A stretch of 64,000 nucleotides of DNA from Desulfurococcaceae archaeon (GCA_038824035.1 JAWBBW010000002.1:32001-96000), one strand, 5' to 3'. Positions 21,799-32,439 are shown, counted from the first letter of the stretch. Notes: generated from the sequence alone by a model not told the origin. A program made the numbers and translations.

Positions 21799-22938
21799 AT
21801 GGGATTAATCATGGATCCCGAGAATGAGGCTATAGCCAATAGAAAACTTCAGCACATAGAGATCTGTACCAGGAACGATGTGGTATTTCCTGGCAACTGC
21901 GAAGACGTTTTCAAAGAGATAATCCTCGTACACCAGGCCTTCCCGGGTATAAACCTCAACGATGTTCTCCTCTCAACGAAATTTCTAGGATATGAATTAA
22001 ATGCCCCAATAATAATAGAGGCTATGACTGGGGGGCATGAAAGTTTAAGAACAATTAATGAACAATTAGCCAAAATAGCCAAGGAATTCAAAATAGCAAT
22101 AGGGTTGGGGAGCCAATTACCATTGATCAAAAGCAACTTCAAAGAAAAGATCCTTGAAACATATAGAGTTGTCCGCGAGGTTTCATGGGATATTCCTGTG
22201 ATCGGAAACATAGGTATAACTAGTTTGTGGGATATAGACATAGATAAGATCAAGATAGCGATGGACGCTATAGACGTTGATGCCCTAGCTGTACACTTAA
22301 ATCCAGCACAGGAAGTCATACAACCCGAGGGGGATACAAGGTTTGGTAAGGATTTACTACAACGTTTTCAGGTTTTAGTCAAAGAGATACGCATGCCGAT
22401 CATTATTAAAGAAGTCGGGCATGGTTTATCCATGGAGACCGTTAAATTATTCTATGAAATAGGGGTAAAAATGTTTGACACAGCAGGTGCTTGTGGAACT
22501 AATTGGGCACTTGTAGAAGCCTATAGAAATCCGCCAGATAGCGTTAAACACATCATCGGTGCAAAACTTTCCTCGTGGGGGATTCCAACGCCATTATCTG
22601 TGATCGAGGCTAGGGTCGCTGGGCCAGGATCTGTTATAATTGCAAGTGGCGGTATCTGGGATGGAATCAAAGCTGTTAAATCACTTGCATTGGGAAGCAA
22701 TTTAGTTGGAATTGCGAGACCAGTGTTAAAACATTTGCTAGAAGGCGGATTGGAGAATGCTAAAAAATACATATCACTGTTCATAGAGGAGATGCGGATC
22801 TCGATGTTCCTCGTGGGCGCAACAACACTCAGTGAATTGTTAGAGAAACCACTGGTATTAGGAGAACGAATCATTAACTATATGAGAATGAGAAATATAG
22901 ATCCAGTGCTATATGTCAAGTCGATTAGAAAAAGGTAG
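21799..22938 (+). CDS. fni: Type 2 isopentenyl-diphosphate delta-isomerase
   Basis: RKLQHI, AMTGG, HLNPAQEVIQPEGD, KEVGHG, IASGG. Confidence 0.95.
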   Translation: MGLIMDPENEAIANRKLQHIEICTRNDVVFPGNCEDVFKEIILVHQAFPGINLNDVLLSTKFLGYELNAPIIIEAMTGGHESLRTINEQLAKIAKEFKIAIGLGSQLPLIKSNFKEKILETYRVVREVSWDIPVIGNIGITSLWDIDIDKIKIAMDAIDVDALAVHLNPAQEVIQPEGDTRFGKDLLQRFQVLVKEIRMPIIIKEVGHGLSMETVKLFYEIGVKMFDTAGACGTNWALVEAYRNPPDSVKHIIGAKLSSWGIPTPLSVIEARVAGPGSVIIASGGIWDGIKAVKSLALGSNLVGIARPVLKHLLEGGLENAKKYISLFIEEMRISMFLVGATTLSELLEKPLVLGERIINYMRMRNIDPVLYVKSIRKR

Positions 22939-22944
22939 GGCTAT

Positions 22945-23448
22945 TTGAACATCTCATATAGATTCCCCGAAATATATGTAGAGGGTTTAAAAAGTAATAG
23001 AAATATATGTTTTTCCAATGGTGAATTCGTGTTACTTGGAGACAAGATCAAGGATGTGAAATGTGATAAAATATATGGATTAATACCGTTTGAATCTGTA
23101 ATAGAGTACTTAGACCTCGAGTCCGCTAGATCCAAGGTCGAGATGATAGTCTTAAAGCCCCGTAAAGATTCAGCCATGGCTTACTTCATTAAGCAGGGCA
23201 CTTCTATATGTATACAGGAGATCAAAGGCAAAACTCGTTATTTATTGTTAGAAGAAGGTGATTTGATCAAAAGAGGCGATAAAATAGCCTATGTCATAAC
23301 TGGTAAAATGGAGACAAGAAATATAATGTCTCTGTGTGAAGGAAGAGTCTTGTTTATCATAGATATAACTTGGGAAACACCGGGTAAAACAATATTGGTG
23401 ACTGTGCTTGAAAGAGCAAGAGAAATCGCTATTAGAGAAAGTGCGTGA
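22945..23448 (+). CDS. DUF2118-like protein with biotinyl/lipoyl-like domain
   Basis: PEIYVE N-terminus; EGDLIKRGDKIAYVITGKMETRNIMSLCEGRVLFI. Confidence 0.65.
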   Translation: MNISYRFPEIYVEGLKSNRNICFSNGEFVLLGDKIKDVKCDKIYGLIPFESVIEYLDLESARSKVEMIVLKPRKDSAMAYFIKQGTSICIQEIKGKTRYLLLEEGDLIKRGDKIAYVITGKMETRNIMSLCEGRVLFIIDITWETPGKTILVTVLERAREIAIRESA

Positions 23449-25168
23449 AGTGGCATATAAACACGCATTAGCCAATGCTATCAAATATGGGGGTAAAGCC
23501 GACTTCAAGGCTGTGATCTCCAAAGTGATTGGGGAGATCCCAGAGATACGTGGAAATATCCGGCAATACTTGGACATTATAAAGAATGTGATTGAGGAGG
23601 TTAACAAATTAGGTTACGAAGATCAAGTTAGAATTGCCAAGGAGAATTGGCCAGAACTATTGGAGGAGAGATCACAGGTATATGAGAAAACCTTACCCCC
23701 ATTACCAAATGCAGTCGAGGGCAAGTTTGTAACAAGATTCGCGCCTAACCCAGATTACACCATTCACCTAGGAAACGCGCGGCCGGCTTTGTTATGTTAT
23801 TGGTACAGCGATATGTATAAGGGTAAATTCATCCTTCGATTCGAGGATACCGATCCGAGAATAAAATCGCCTTATCCAGAGGCTTACTTAGATATTAAGG
23901 ATAGCTTGAAATTGCTTGGAATAAGCTGGGATGAAGAGTATATACAAAGTTTAAGACTTGAGATATTCTACGACATAGCAAAAAAACTCATTGAACGTGG
24001 AGGGGCATACGTGGATAAATGCGATTCTAAAAGTTTCCGCTCATTTAGAAATGCCGGTAAATCCTGTCCTCACAGAGAATTGCCCATTGAAATCCATTTA
24101 GATGAATTCGATAAAATGCTTGAAGGCCACTATAACGAAGAAGAAGCTGTATTGAGGATAAAAACAGACCTTAATCACCCGGATATAAGCGTAAGGGACT
24201 GGGTTGCCTTTAGAATAATCGACACAACGAAGACACCGCATCCAGTGGTTGGGGAGAAATACATTGTGTGGCCAACATATAATTTTGCAGCAGGTGTCGA
24301 TGACTATTTAATGGGTGTAACTCATATACTTAGAGCAAAGGAACACTTAACTAATACTGTAAAACAAAAATATCTATATGATCACATGAACTGGAGATAT
24401 CCCGAGACAGTGCATTTTGGTAGGCTATCTCTAGAAGGGGTTGTACTGAGTAAATCCAAAATGAGAAAAATGATGCAAGAAAGCGAGGTAGAAGCGTACT
24501 CTGATCCAAGGCTAGGTACTATAAAGGGATTAATGCGTAAAGGCATAGTTAAGGAAACTATTTGGAAAATAATTAAAGATGTGAACATAAAACAAGTTGA
24601 TGCGAAGATAAGCTTGGTTAATCTATATGCAATAAATAGAACAATTGTAGATCCAATTGCAAACAGATACATGGCCGTTCACGATCCAATCCCCTTGATT
24701 ATAAATGATTTACCTAGGGAATTGGAGGCATTAATACCGATCCATCCATCACGTAAGGAGACATATAAATACATTATATTTGATAATTCAATATTGTATA
24801 TTTCGTCGAACGACCTAGAACTTGTGAGAACTCGTGTCTTTAGGCTAATGGGCCTGGGGAACTTTGTAATCACAGATATAAAAGTAATAAACAATAGACC
24901 AATATTTGTGATCAAGTTACATAGCCTTACACAAGAAGAAGCTAGGAAAGTTAACGCCCCTGTTATACAATGGGTCCCTGATAATGAAAAAGTTCATGGA
25001 GCTTTATTAATACCACAGGGCACAGAGCTGGTGAATAGAAGTATTCTAATTGAATCAAGAATATTAAATGAAAAGATAGGATCCATCATACAATTATATA
25101 GAATCGGCTTCGCCAGAATAGATCAAGTAAACAAAAACAACGTAGCCCTAATATACACACATGACTGA
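23408..25168 (+). CDS. gltX: Glutamate--tRNA ligase (archaeal, probably non-discriminating)
   Basis: TRFAPNP, HLGN (HIGH), [12 protein letters not shown] (KMSKS). Confidence 0.96.
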   Translation: MKEQEKSLLEKVREVAYKHALANAIKYGGKADFKAVISKVIGEIPEIRGNIRQYLDIIKNVIEEVNKLGYEDQVRIAKENWPELLEERSQVYEKTLPPLPNAVEGKFVTRFAPNPDYTIHLGNARPALLCYWYSDMYKGKFILRFEDTDPRIKSPYPEAYLDIKDSLKLLGISWDEEYIQSLRLEIFYDIAKKLIERGGAYVDKCDSKSFRSFRNAGKSCPHRELPIEIHLDEFDKMLEGHYNEEEAVLRIKTDLNHPDISVRDWVAFRIIDTTKTPHPVVGEKYIVWPTYNFAAGVDDYLMGVTHILRAKEHLTNTVKQKYLYDHMNWRYPETVHFGRLSLEGVVLSKSKMRKMMQESEVEAYSDPRLGTIKGLMRKGIVKETIWKIIKDVNIKQVDAKISLVNLYAINRTIVDPIANRYMAVHDPIPLIINDLPRELEALIPIHPSRKETYKYIIFDNSILYISSNDLELVRTRVFRLMGLGNFVITDIKVINNRPIFVIKLHSLTQEEARKVNAPVIQWVPDNEKVHGALLIPQGTELVNRSILIESRILNEKIGSIIQLYRIGFARIDQVNKNNVALIYTHD

Positions 25169-25230
25169 TACGTTTTCAATCCCTGAAGCCCAATATTTAT
25201 TAATCCTTAAAGCAGATTCTATTTTAATTC

Positions 25231-25265
25231 ATGAAGACGACCAAAATGGGAGGAGGATGAACATG
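25231..25265 (+). promoter_or_regulatory. Putative kink-turn 5' leader of rpl7ae (autoregulatory L7Ae site)
   Basis: ATGAAGAC...GGAGGAGGATGAACATG: tandem GA motifs bracket the SD and start; TTTATTAA at 25196-25203. Confidence 0.55.
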
Positions 25266-25646
25266 CCTAAGCCATTTTATGTAAAGTTCGAAGTTCCCTC
25301 AGATCTCGCTGAGAAAACATATGAAATTGTGAAAAAAGTGCGAGAAAGTGGTGGAAAGATTAAAAAAGGTACAAATGAGACAACCAAAGCCGTAGAACGA
25401 GGACAAGCAAAATTAGTCATTATTGCAGAAGATGTGGATCCTCCTGAAATAGTTGCCCACTTGCCAATACTTTGTGATGAGAAAAAAATACCGTATACAT
25501 ATGTACCTAGCAAAAAGAGATTAGGAGAGGCCGCTGGAATAGAGGTCGCCGCTGCATCTGTTGCGATCATAGAACCTGGTGGAGCCAAAGAAATCGTTGA
25601 TGAATTAATAAAAAGAGTACAACAGATAAGGGCGCAGACAGGTTAG
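25263..25646 (+). CDS. rpl7ae: 50S ribosomal protein L7Ae
   Basis: [27 protein letters not shown]; alternative start 25257. Confidence 0.97.
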   Translation: MPKPFYVKFEVPSDLAEKTYEIVKKVRESGGKIKKGTNETTKAVERGQAKLVIIAEDVDPPEIVAHLPILCDEKKIPYTYVPSKKRLGEAAGIEVAAASVAIIEPGGAKEIVDELIKRVQQIRAQTG

Positions 25647-25710
25647 ACTATAAGAACATGATATAACCTCTATGTGTTTTTAAACAAAGAAAACCTGATA
25701 CTGACATTTT

Positions 25711-25983
25711 TTACCTTCTTGTAGTAAGTTTCCTCGCCTCTCTTTCCGTTTCTCTCAAAATAACTATGTCTCCTATTCTAACCGGGCCCTTTATATTCCT
25801 AGTTATTATTCTACCTTTATCCCTGCCTTCAAGTATTCTCACACGTGCCTGTATTATTTCTCCAGTGACACCGGTACGTCCAATTATTTGTATGACCTCG
25901 GCTGGAAATCCTATCTCCTCGACCACATTTATTTTCGGTGACTCAAATAAAATCTTACTACTTTTTCCATTGCTATCACTCAT
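25711..25983 (-). CDS. rps28e: 30S ribosomal protein S28e
   Basis: [31 protein letters not shown]. Confidence 0.97.
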   Translation of the reverse strand: MSDSNGKSSKILFESPKINVVEEIGFPAEVIQIIGRTGVTGEIIQARVRILEGRDKGRIITRNIKGPVRIGDIVILRETEREARKLTTRR

Positions 25984-26097
25984 CGCGATCGCCCAAATTG
26001 CCGTTGTCCTTTTTTACTAACCAGAATATTCCCTTAAAATATTTTAAACCTCTTTGTAGCTTATCCTATCCCAGTCATTAAAGAGGCGTGATTAAAT

Positions 26098-26283
26098 ATG
26101 CCAAGGGTAATAAGATGTACATTTTGCGGCAAAGATATAGAACCTGGAACAGGATTAATGCATGTCTTAAACGATGGAACAATATTATGGTTTTGTAGTA
26201 GCAAATGTTTCAAAAATCACAAAATGAAGCGAGATCCAAGGAAGTTAAAGTGGACATTAAAGTATGGTCAACAAGTTAAATAG
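26098..26283 (+). CDS. rpl24e: 50S ribosomal protein L24e
   Basis: CTFCG..IEPGTG, FCSSKC, PRKLKWT. Confidence 0.97.
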   Translation: MPRVIRCTFCGKDIEPGTGLMHVLNDGTILWFCSSKCFKNHKMKRDPRKLKWTLKYGQQVK

Positions 26284-26301
26284 CTTCTTTCACCAATAGA
26301 A

Positions 26302-28116
26302 TTATCTATAAGGTATGAAGCCGTAAAACGGATCTTGTCTTTTCTTCAAATTTATTATTTCTTCGAGAACGATACTTTCATCATCTCGTAATTCATTCCT
26401 GTATTTGGACAGCCACGTTGTGACATGTTCCCTCGGGATATCGGTGTACAACACATCACCTTCATCGATCTGTCTGCCTACCATTACCTTACCTTTAATG
26501 CTTATAGCAACTCTTTGCCCTTTATAAGCCTCCTTGAGGACGTTATCACGATCCCTTATTTGCATAATGTTCCCGATACTCACGCCATCCGCTCTCATTA
26601 ATGGATATCCCGGCTTTATTGTTCCTCCAAGTATTTCTATCCCAACGATTGCTGGATCGCTTCTTCTAAAAACATAGCCAGGTAATATTCTTATTTTAGC
26701 GGGTCTTATCAAGGATTCCAATTCACGTTCTTTTTCTCTTTCTTTGAATTCTTTATACCATTTGAAATATTCCTCGATTAATTGATAAATGACATTATTG
26801 ACAAATACTGGGATGTTTTCCTTACTTATGATCTCCTCTGCTTCCGGCAATATTTTTGTATTAAATACTAGTATAACTCCGTATTCAGGTTTAGATCTCT
26901 TGATGATGGATGCCTCTATTGCATCATTACGTGTTACATTGCCAACATCAGCCACTCTGACTGGTATGTCGTTTTTCTTAAGTGCTGTTAACAACGCCTC
27001 AAGTGTACCTAGGGTATCAGCTTTCACTATGACTCCGTCTACCTCGGCTCTGAAAATTATGGATGATATTTCTTCTTTGATCATATTTACATATTCGTGT
27101 ATTTTCGACTCATCACGTACTACATAAAGTGGTGATCCAGCAATAACATCATCTAAATTAGTAGCAGCGATCTTGACACCGGATGCTGCATAAGCCTCTT
27201 TTATCTGAATGAAATTACCCTCGTGCATTCTCATGTCCTGTAATGGCCGTGGTATTAGTAAACTTCTGACCTTTGTCACCACATAACCGTTTTTCGAAGC
27301 AACTATTATGAGGTCTCCTTGTTTGATGATACCATCGTATATGATTACATCAATTGTTGTTCCAAGGCCTGGTTCTTCCTTTACTTCTAATACAACACCC
27401 TTGCCAGGTTCTTCGCTTGTAAGTAACTTTTTCTTCATAAATTGTTGAGCCAAGCCAGCTATCAGTGCCAATAATTCTGCAATGCCTTCACCGGTTTTAG
27501 CGGAAACAGGAACTATTGCCACGGTTTTTCTGAAATCCTTAACTCTATCAAATCTTTCCGCTTCAAATCCATATTCGTAGAGTTTGCCCACGATCGAGTA
27601 CAACTTATCTTCTAGTATGGAAATCGTTCTCTGTGTCTGATATTTTATAGTTTCTAAGAATGGCATATCTATATGGGGTTTCCACCCATCTATACGATCG
27701 ATTTTATTAGCCGCCACGATGAATGGCACTTTTTTCTCAACTAGAATATTAATGGCCTCGTGGGTCTGTGGTTGAAATCCCTCTATTACATCAATCACTA
27801 GAACTGCCATATCGGCTACACTACCACCTCTTTTACGTAAATTACTGAAAAGTTCGTGACCAGGCGTATCTATGAAAAGTAAACCTGGTATCTCGATACT
27901 CATTTTTGGGAAATATTTTTTCAGCGGCTCTGATATTTTTCTTATAACGCTAGCTGGCACTATGCTTGCACCTATGTGTTGAGTTATTTCTCCTGGCTCT
28001 TTCTTAGCTACCGCTGTTCCACGTATTTTATCGAGAAGCGTTGTTTTACCGTGATCCACATGTCCTAGCACAACTATAATGGGCTGTCTTACCCAGGTTT
28101 TAACACCATTACTCAA
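26302..28116 (-). CDS. infB: Translation initiation factor aIF5B (IF-2)
   Basis: RQPI..LGHVDHGKT, ITQHIGA, DTPGHE, KADTLGTLEAL; no intein. Confidence 0.98.
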   Translation of the reverse strand: MSNGVKTWVRQPIIVVLGHVDHGKTTLLDKIRGTAVAKKEPGEITQHIGASIVPASVIRKISEPLKKYFPKMSIEIPGLLFIDTPGHELFSNLRKRGGSVADMAVLVIDVIEGFQPQTHEAINILVEKKVPFIVAANKIDRIDGWKPHIDMPFLETIKYQTQRTISILEDKLYSIVGKLYEYGFEAERFDRVKDFRKTVAIVPVSAKTGEGIAELLALIAGLAQQFMKKKLLTSEEPGKGVVLEVKEEPGLGTTIDVIIYDGIIKQGDLIIVASKNGYVVTKVRSLLIPRPLQDMRMHEGNFIQIKEAYAASGVKIAATNLDDVIAGSPLYVVRDESKIHEYVNMIKEEISSIIFRAEVDGVIVKADTLGTLEALLTALKKNDIPVRVADVGNVTRNDAIEASIIKRSKPEYGVILVFNTKILPEAEEIISKENIPVFVNNVIYQLIEEYFKWYKEFKEREKERELESLIRPAKIRILPGYVFRRSDPAIVGIEILGGTIKPGYPLMRADGVSIGNIMQIRDRDNVLKEAYKGQRVAISIKGKVMVGRQIDEGDVLYTDIPREHVTTWLSKYRNELRDDESIVLEEIINLKKRQDPFYGFIPYR

Positions 28117-28203
28117 TGGTAATCACCCCTAAATAAGTGTATAAAAACCCGTTATTTAGTTATCAATGAACATGGCCAAGACCATTAACGGTGGGCACTT
28201 AAA

Positions 28204-28851
28204 ATGCCTGATTTCAAAGTGGTAATAAACGATCCAGAAGCAGGTAAAGATGGGAAATCTATAAAAGTCAAGGTAATTGGGGATCCAGATATACCATTTA
28301 CAGATAAAATGAAGGAGCAATTGGAGTTACCAATAATCAAGCTCAATGCTGATACAGCTCAGAAGATAAACGCGAAACATAATGTTGTAACCATTAGAAT
28401 GCGTCGACCTGATACTGGTGATAAAGTAAAGTTAACTGGGAGAATAGTGATAGATAATACCATTCCAAGTAATGTCGTTAAAGTTAACTCCGAGAAATTA
28501 ATCGATTTAACTGGTGTAACTGAGATCGAGGGTGAGATATTTAGAGCGCGTGCATGGCAAATCAGGATTAACGACGAAAGAGCCCAAACCTTCATAGGAT
28601 TAAAACTGGGAGATGAAATAGACGGATCGCTAGTAGGTCTTAGGAATGTTAAGCTGATTATTACAGGGGGGAGCGATCTAAGCGGGTTTCCTATGAGACA
28701 TGATGTCTTGGGTCCTGTTAAGAAAAGAGTTTTACTCTCAGGACCTCCTGGATTCCATCCAAAGGAAAAAGGGGAACGACGTAGAAAAATGGTAAGAGGA
28801 AATACTATAAGCCCTGACATCACTCAGATAAATACTATGATAAGGTATTAG
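28204..28851 (+). CDS. rps6e: 30S ribosomal protein S6e (long crenarchaeal form)
   Basis: ITGGSDLSGFPM, GERRRKMVRG. Confidence 0.95.
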   Translation: MPDFKVVINDPEAGKDGKSIKVKVIGDPDIPFTDKMKEQLELPIIKLNADTAQKINAKHNVVTIRMRRPDTGDKVKLTGRIVIDNTIPSNVVKVNSEKLIDLTGVTEIEGEIFRARAWQIRINDERAQTFIGLKLGDEIDGSLVGLRNVKLIITGGSDLSGFPMRHDVLGPVKKRVLLSGPPGFHPKEKGERRRKMVRGNTISPDITQINTMIRY

Positions 28852-28901
28852 TGAAATGTATCCAATATTTCTTTGATCATTTGATCAATGGTGATCTTAC
28901 A

Positions 28902-30158
28902 TTGCCCTGGGATCTCAGACTCCCTGAAGTTAATATTGGAGTTGTTGGACATGTTGATCACGGGAAAACCACGTTAGTTCAGGCATTAACAGGGATTTGG
29001 ACTGCAAAACATAGTAAAGAGATAGAACGTGGAATGACCATAAAACTTGGATATGCCGATGGCAATATAGCCTACTGCGACAAGTTACACCCACCAGAGT
29101 CTTACACTACTGAGGAGTATTGTCCAGACGGCTCTGAGTCCACGCTTCTGCGTAGGGTAAATTATGTAGACGCTCCCGGTCATGAAGCATATATGACAAC
29201 AATGTTAAGCGGAGCGATGATCATGGATGGCGCGATATTGGTAATAGCAGCTAATGAGCCATGCCCACAACCCCAAACAGTTGAGCATTTAATGGCATTA
29301 GAAATTCTGGGTATCAAGAACATAATTATAGTGCAAAACAAAATAGACGTAGTGTCCAAAGAAAAGGCGATTAAGAACTATAATGAGATACGTTCTTTTA
29401 TCGAGAATACGATAGCTAGAGATGCCCCTATTATCCCTATTAGTGCGCTTCACAAGGTTAACATAGATGTGGTTTTACAAGCTATACAAGAAGTGATCCC
29501 AACACCTTCTCGAGAGTTGTCCAAGCCTCCGTTAATGTACGTGGTAAGGAGCTTTGACATCAATAAACCCGGAACTCCCTATGATATGATCCAAGGCGGT
29601 GTTATTGGGGGAACGCTTTTACAAGGAACAATACGTAAAGATGACGAAATTATAATATTGCCCGGTGTCAAAGTACAGACGTCTGCTAAACCTTCATCCT
29701 CGCCGAGATATGAACCCGTAGTAACCAGGGTAGAGGAATTAAGGTATGGGAATTTAGTTACAGATGAGGCTAGGCCAGGTGGACTTGTAGCTATACGGAC
29801 TACTCTAGACCCATCTCTAACTAAAAACGATCAGTTGGTTGGTTCTATTGTAACTAAGCCAGGATACAAAGTATATGTTACAAAGAATATCACGATAAGA
29901 TATTCCATGTTCGAGAGAGTAGTGGGAGCCAAGGAATTCACCAAGATACCGCCACTCCAGGTAAATGAAAAAATAGTGGTAGCCGTGGGATCAGCTGTGA
30001 GGCTCGCGACTATAAAAACCATTAAAAAGGATTCAATCGAACTAGAGCTCTCAGAACCGATAGCCACATTGATAGGTTCGCGGGTAGCTATAAGTAGAAA
30101 GGTTTTGGCTAGGTGGAGATTAGCTGGATGGGGAATAATAGAGCATGTCACAGAATAA
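28902..30158 (+). CDS. eif2g: Translation initiation factor aIF2 gamma
   Basis: PEVNIGVVGHVDHGKT, RGMTIKLGY, DAPGHE, PQPQT, RWRLAGWG; TTG start after GGTGA. Confidence 0.97.
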   Translation: MPWDLRLPEVNIGVVGHVDHGKTTLVQALTGIWTAKHSKEIERGMTIKLGYADGNIAYCDKLHPPESYTTEEYCPDGSESTLLRRVNYVDAPGHEAYMTTMLSGAMIMDGAILVIAANEPCPQPQTVEHLMALEILGIKNIIIVQNKIDVVSKEKAIKNYNEIRSFIENTIARDAPIIPISALHKVNIDVVLQAIQEVIPTPSRELSKPPLMYVVRSFDINKPGTPYDMIQGGVIGGTLLQGTIRKDDEIIILPGVKVQTSAKPSSSPRYEPVVTRVEELRYGNLVTDEARPGGLVAIRTTLDPSLTKNDQLVGSIVTKPGYKVYVTKNITIRYSMFERVVGAKEFTKIPPLQVNEKIVVAVGSAVRLATIKTIKKDSIELELSEPIATLIGSRVAISRKVLARWRLAGWGIIEHVTE

Positions 30159-30564
30159 GCCAATAATTTTGTTCGATACGAACATGTTGCTTTTAATGGC
30201 AAATGGGGTCCGAGTGCTTGAACAAATAGAGGAAAAAACATGTATAAAGCCTAGATATGTGGTGATAAGACCTGTCTATAATGAATTATTGAAAATAGCT
30301 AGCAAATCGAATGGTATATTAAAAAGAAAAGCCCTATTCGCTCTTCAATTAGTAGAAAGATTTTTCGAAATACTGGATTTCGAGCAACATGTAAACGAAA
30401 GTGTTGATGATGCAATCATACGTTTCGCCATGGAAAACAAAGCAATCGTGGCTACTAATGATAGGGAACTAAGATCGAAACTTAGACAATATGGCATAAC
30501 CGAGATATATTTTAGAGAAGAATCCAGGAGAATTGAGATAGAAGGTATTTTAAGTCATTATTAA
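30145..30564 (+). CDS. PIN domain protein (Utp24/Fcf1-like)
   Basis: FDTNMLL, VDDAI, VATNDRELR; position between eif2g and rpoE. Confidence 0.85.
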   Translation: MSQNKPIILFDTNMLLLMANGVRVLEQIEEKTCIKPRYVVIRPVYNELLKIASKSNGILKRKALFALQLVERFFEILDFEQHVNESVDDAIIRFAMENKAIVATNDRELRSKLRQYGITEIYFREESRRIEIEGILSHY

Positions 30565-30609
30565 ATAAACCGTCCTGATATGAAATAAAATTCCTGTTCA
30601 TGCTGGTGA

Positions 30610-31182
30610 GTGATAGTGTACGGGATTGTTAAAATAAAGGACGTTGTCAGGATACCGCCATCCAAGTTCAATCGACCATTAAACGTAGTGGCTAGAGAGG
30701 AATTGGCATCCAAGTACGAGGGGGCGGTGGTCCAAATAGAACTAGAAAAAGGTAAAATAGCCCAACCATTAGCGATAATCATAGCAATACTGAATACATA
30801 TGTTGATCCGGCCGGCAAGATCATACCTAATGATGGCGCAACATACCACGATGTAGTGTTCGACGCGTTAGTTTTCCATCCATTTATAAAAGAGGTAGTT
30901 GAGGGAAAAGTTGAGACAGTGGCTAAGACAGGTCTCTATGTAAACCTAGGGATTCTAGATGGATTTATACACATAAACCAGGTATCTGATGAAAGAGTTC
31001 ATTTCGATACTGCTCGAGGCGTACTTTTACTAGAGGAGTCTAAGCGAGTGATCGAGAGAGAGGATGTGGTTAGAGCTAAGATATACACCATGGGGCCTTT
31101 ACCAGGGAAAGGCATCAGAATACACATGACTATGAGACAACCCTGGCTCGGTAAAATAGATTGGCTACGTAAGAAGAAATAA
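30610..31182 (+). CDS. rpoE1: RNA polymerase subunit Rpo7 (E')
   Basis: VRIPPSKF, DGATYH, S1 domain, TMRQPWLGK. Confidence 0.96.
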   Translation: MIVYGIVKIKDVVRIPPSKFNRPLNVVAREELASKYEGAVVQIELEKGKIAQPLAIIIAILNTYVDPAGKIIPNDGATYHDVVFDALVFHPFIKEVVEGKVETVAKTGLYVNLGILDGFIHINQVSDERVHFDTARGVLLLEESKRVIEREDVVRAKIYTMGPLPGKGIRIHMTMRQPWLGKIDWLRKKK

Positions 31183-31201
31183 TACGAAGGTGTAATTAAA
31201 T

Positions 31202-31408
31202 TTGAGCAAGAGATCGAAACCTTACAAAGCATGTAAGAAATGCCGTTCATTGGTGGAAAAAAATGCCGAAGTATGTCCTACCTGTGGTTCAAAGGACTTT
31301 AGCGATGAGTGGGAAGGCGTGTTAATCGTGATAGATCCCGAGAGATCGGAGGTTGCGAAAGCATTAGAAATAGCGAAAAAAGGAAGATTCGTGATCAAGT
31401 TTGAGTGA
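31202..31408 (+). CDS. spt4: Transcription elongation factor Spt4 (RpoE'')
   Basis: ACKKC...CPTCGS..FSDEWEG. Confidence 0.95.
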   Translation: MSKRSKPYKACKKCRSLVEKNAEVCPTCGSKDFSDEWEGVLIVIDPERSEVAKALEIAKKGRFVIKFE

Positions 31409-31895
31409 AATAAATATACCAGTATTTAAACTACCCCCATATGTGAGAGAGTCGCTTTCCATACCTCAAGGTATTCTCTATGTAACTAGAACCAGAGAGA
31501 GAGTTATCAGTGGTTTGAAAGCTGATATAACAATCGGCGATATCGTATCCCAGAGGCACTATTCAGAAATCAAGGTAATTGATCATAAAACTAGGCGGAA
31601 AACTGTTGAACACTTAACTACAAAGGAGACTACACAAATAAAGTCGATCGTTTATAACCCCGCGGGATCCATTAGCATACACTCGATCACAATATCCATG
31701 ACTAAGGTTCACAACATATTTGTTAAAGGTGAAGAAGACTTGGTTGTAATACCCTATTTAAAGAGTAGTTATAACACAATACTCTATGGACAACCAGGTA
31801 GTGGCATAGTAGCTATGAAATCAAATAGGCTTTTATTTTTAAAAATATTAAAAGCATCAAAACCCTCTATTGTTAAGGTGAGTGTTAGCACTTAA
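31401..31895 (+). CDS. GTP-dependent dephospho-CoA kinase (DUF359)
   Basis: IGDIVS, IDHKTRR, NPAGSI, GEEDL, YGQPGSG; position between spt4 and rps24e. Confidence 0.8.
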   Translation: MSEINIPVFKLPPYVRESLSIPQGILYVTRTRERVISGLKADITIGDIVSQRHYSEIKVIDHKTRRKTVEHLTTKETTQIKSIVYNPAGSISIHSITISMTKVHNIFVKGEEDLVVIPYLKSSYNTILYGQPGSGIVAMKSNRLLFLKILKASKPSIVKVSVST

Positions 31896-31907
31896 TGGTG
31901 ACATAAT

Positions 31908-32261
31908 ATGCAGAGTAAGGGCAGATATCTAAAACTACTGGATAAATATGATTGTGAAATCATCGAGGAACGATATAACAATGTGATAGGAAGAAAGGAG
32001 ATCGAGCTTAAAGTCCTTCACTTGGGTGAGGGATCTCCTAGTCGTGGATTTATAAAGATAGCTATAGCTAGGGCTTTCAATGTGAATATCGAACAAGTCT
32101 ATGTAAAGAGTGTGAAAACGGAATATGGACAATGCGTTAGCACAGTCGTGGTGCATATCTATGACGAACCTGCACGTGCTAAATTATTTGAACCGGAATA
32201 CATAATTAAAAGAGACGAGAAATCATTACAAAAACAAATGTCCGTCCCTATTAATAGCTAG
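31908..32261 (+). CDS. rps24e: 30S ribosomal protein S24e
   Basis: NNVIGRKE, GSPSR, KTEYG, EPEYI. Confidence 0.93.
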   Translation: MQSKGRYLKLLDKYDCEIIEERYNNVIGRKEIELKVLHLGEGSPSRGFIKIAIARAFNVNIEQVYVKSVKTEYGQCVSTVVVHIYDEPARAKLFEPEYIIKRDEKSLQKQMSVPINS

Positions 32262-32271
32262 GTGTAATATT

Positions 32272-32439
32272 ATGCCTTATATACACAAGCTCTACGAGAT
32301 AGATATTAAAACGTGGAGTTTGAAAAGAAAAAATAAGAAATGTCCCAAGTGCGGCTCTTTTATGGCATTCCATAAAAATCCGATATCACGATGGCATTGT
32401 GGTAAATGTAACTATGTGGAATACATAAAAGAGAAATGA
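32272..32439 (+). CDS. rps27ae: 30S ribosomal protein S27ae
   Basis: Manual translation MPYIHKLYEIDIKTWSLKRKNKKCPKCGSFMAFHKNPISRWHCGKCNYVEYIKEK (55 aa, absent from the ORF track); AGGTG SD. Confidence 0.93.
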   Translation: MPYIHKLYEIDIKTWSLKRKNKKCPKCGSFMAFHKNPISRWHCGKCNYVEYIKEK

